From Candidatus Sulfomarinibacteraceae bacterium (GTDB taxonomy: Bacteria; Acidobacteriota; Thermoanaerobaculia; Thermoanaerobaculales; Sulfomarinibacteraceae), in assembly GCA_963823345.1 (NCBI GenBank), contig CAWGLE010000013.1, forward strand, positions 542,517 through 606,516: a DNA stretch of 64,000 nt. Reading direction: 5' to 3'. The translations under genes and the position numbers were made by a program. The notes under the pieces were generated by a model, which had not been told where the DNA came from, searched no databases, and worked only from the letters and a program-made list of their open reading frames with translations. Shown in pieces: positions 62,611 to 64,000 of the stretch (position 1 is its first letter; every line of letters starts with the position of its first letter).

Positions 62611-63954
62611 ATGCCCACTGCAACCCGCGACCCGAAGCCGACGCGTGTCCGCTGGCGGATCGTTCTGCTCCTGTTCGCGATCACCGCCATCAACTACGCC
62701 GACCGGGCGACGATCTCGATCGTCGGCACGCAGCTCGCGGCCGACCTCGAGCTCGATCCGGTCGCGCTCGGGTTTCTGCTCTCCGCCTTTTCGATCAGCT
62801 ACGTGACGTTGCAGATCCCGGGCGGGTGGCTCCTCGACCGCTTCGGATCCCGGATCGTCTACCTGTGGAGCATCATCACCTGGTCGGCCTTCACCGCCCT
62901 GCAGGGCTTCGTCGGGCTGCTCGGCAACGCCCGCCTCGCGGCACGGACTCTGTACGGTCTCCGGCTCTGCCTCGGGGCGGCCGAGGCACCCTCGTTCCCG
63001 GCAAACAGCCGTATCGTCGCGGCCTGGTTCCCCGCACCGGAGCGCGGCACCGCCGCCGCCATCTTCAACTCGGCACAGTACTTTTCGATCGTCATCTTCT
63101 ACCCGGTGATGGGCCTCATCACCCAGTATCTCGGATGGCAGTACGTGTTCTGGACGATGGGCGGGCTGGGGCTGGCTTTCGCTGTTCTCTGGCCGCGTAT
63201 GGTCCACGCTCCCCGGGAGCACCCGCGGGCCAACGACGAGGAGATCGCGCTGATCGAGAAAGGGGGCGGTCTCGTCGACCTCGATCGCCGGCAGGGCACG
63301 GCCGGCGAGCCCTTCCGCTGGGCCGATCTCGGCCGCATGCTCACCCACCGGATGCTGCTCGGGATCTTCCTCGGCCAGTACTGCGTCAACGTCCTCACCT
63401 GGTTCTTCCTCACCTGGTTCCCGATCTACCTCGTGAAGGACCGCGGCATGACGATCCTCAAGGTCGGTTTCGTCGCCGTCCTCCCGGCGCTCTGCGGATT
63501 CCTCGGCGGCGTGCTCGGCGGCCTGGTCTCCGACGCGCTCCTGCGCCGCGGCTGGTCGTTGAGCGCGGCGCGCAAGACGCCGATCGTCGCCGGCATGTTC
63601 GTCGCCTCGAGCATCGTCGCCTGCAACTATGTCTCCACCGAATGGGCCGTGATCTTCTTCATGAGCCTGGCCTTCTTCGGCAAGGGCGTCGGCGCCCTCG
63701 GCTGGGCACTCATGTCCGACGTCGCGCCGAGGACCGCCACCGGACTGGCCGGTGGGTTGTTCAACACTTTCGGCAACCTCGCTGGCGTCGTGACCCCGAT
63801 CGTGATCGGCTACATCCTGAGCACCACCGGCTCGTTCAAAGGAGCGCTCGTCTACGTGGGGGCGCACGCCCTGCTCGCGACGGTGAGCTTCGTGTTCATC
63901 GCCGGCAGAATCCGCCGGGTCGAGCTGCGACCGACCCTGGAATCGACCTCGTGA
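62611..63954 (+). CDS. gudP: MFS anion:cation symporter, glucarate/galactarate permease-like
   Basis: Motifs INYADRAT, QIPGGWLLDRFG, AEAPSFPANSRIVAAWFP..ERG, FNSAQYF, FFLTWFPIYL, ARKTPIV, FFGKGVGALGW. Confidence 0.82.
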   Translation: MPTATRDPKPTRVRWRIVLLLFAITAINYADRATISIVGTQLAADLELDPVALGFLLSAFSISYVTLQIPGGWLLDRFGSRIVYLWSIITWSAFTALQGFVGLLGNARLAARTLYGLRLCLGAAEAPSFPANSRIVAAWFPAPERGTAAAIFNSAQYFSIVIFYPVMGLITQYLGWQYVFWTMGGLGLAFAVLWPRMVHAPREHPRANDEEIALIEKGGGLVDLDRRQGTAGEPFRWADLGRMLTHRMLLGIFLGQYCVNVLTWFFLTWFPIYLVKDRGMTILKVGFVAVLPALCGFLGGVLGGLVSDALLRRGWSLSAARKTPIVAGMFVASSIVACNYVSTEWAVIFFMSLAFFGKGVGALGWALMSDVAPRTATGLAGGLFNTFGNLAGVVTPIVIGYILSTTGSFKGALVYVGAHALLATVSFVFIAGRIRRVELRPTLESTS

Positions 63955-64000
63955 CGGTTGACCCGGCCTCCGTTCGAGTCACACGCGAATGATAGACTCC

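Overview
A GC-rich bacterial chromosome segment with about 33 genes. Protein styles tentatively suggest Acidobacteriota (Thermoanaerobaculia-like), but this is inference. In order: pfkA and mdh; a complete oleABCD olefin/beta-lactone cluster; a TPR protein; a TamB-Omp85 fusion; a Ser/Thr kinase; a REC-PAS-GGDEF-EAL protein; aceE-aceF; a PD40 lipoprotein; a G1PDH-DHH-mevalonate kinase operon; a 12-kb glutamate dehydrogenase locus; a PilZ-AMIN protein; a nuclease-DinG helicase; pepP; a YyaL-type protein; a GH2; and a FadR-regulated hexuronate/aldarate region (uxaE, SDR, LarA-like, gnd, PfkB kinase / garR, MFS). The strongest candidate for an undescribed system is 30.5-42.4 kb. There, an intact gdhA and a GDH paralogue lacking its catalytic lysines are interleaved with three PEP-synthase-type ATP-grasp proteins. 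These lack the pyruvate-binding barrel, share a G(S/T)HFF His motif, and carry receiver, GAF-like or nucleotidyltransferase domains; a metallophosphoesterase abuts the end. Intergenic DNA is rich in MITE/REP elements and inverted heptamer arrays. About 10 apparent single-base frameshifts in otherwise intact genes most likely reflect sequencing error. No rRNA, tRNA, CRISPR array or transposase was seen.
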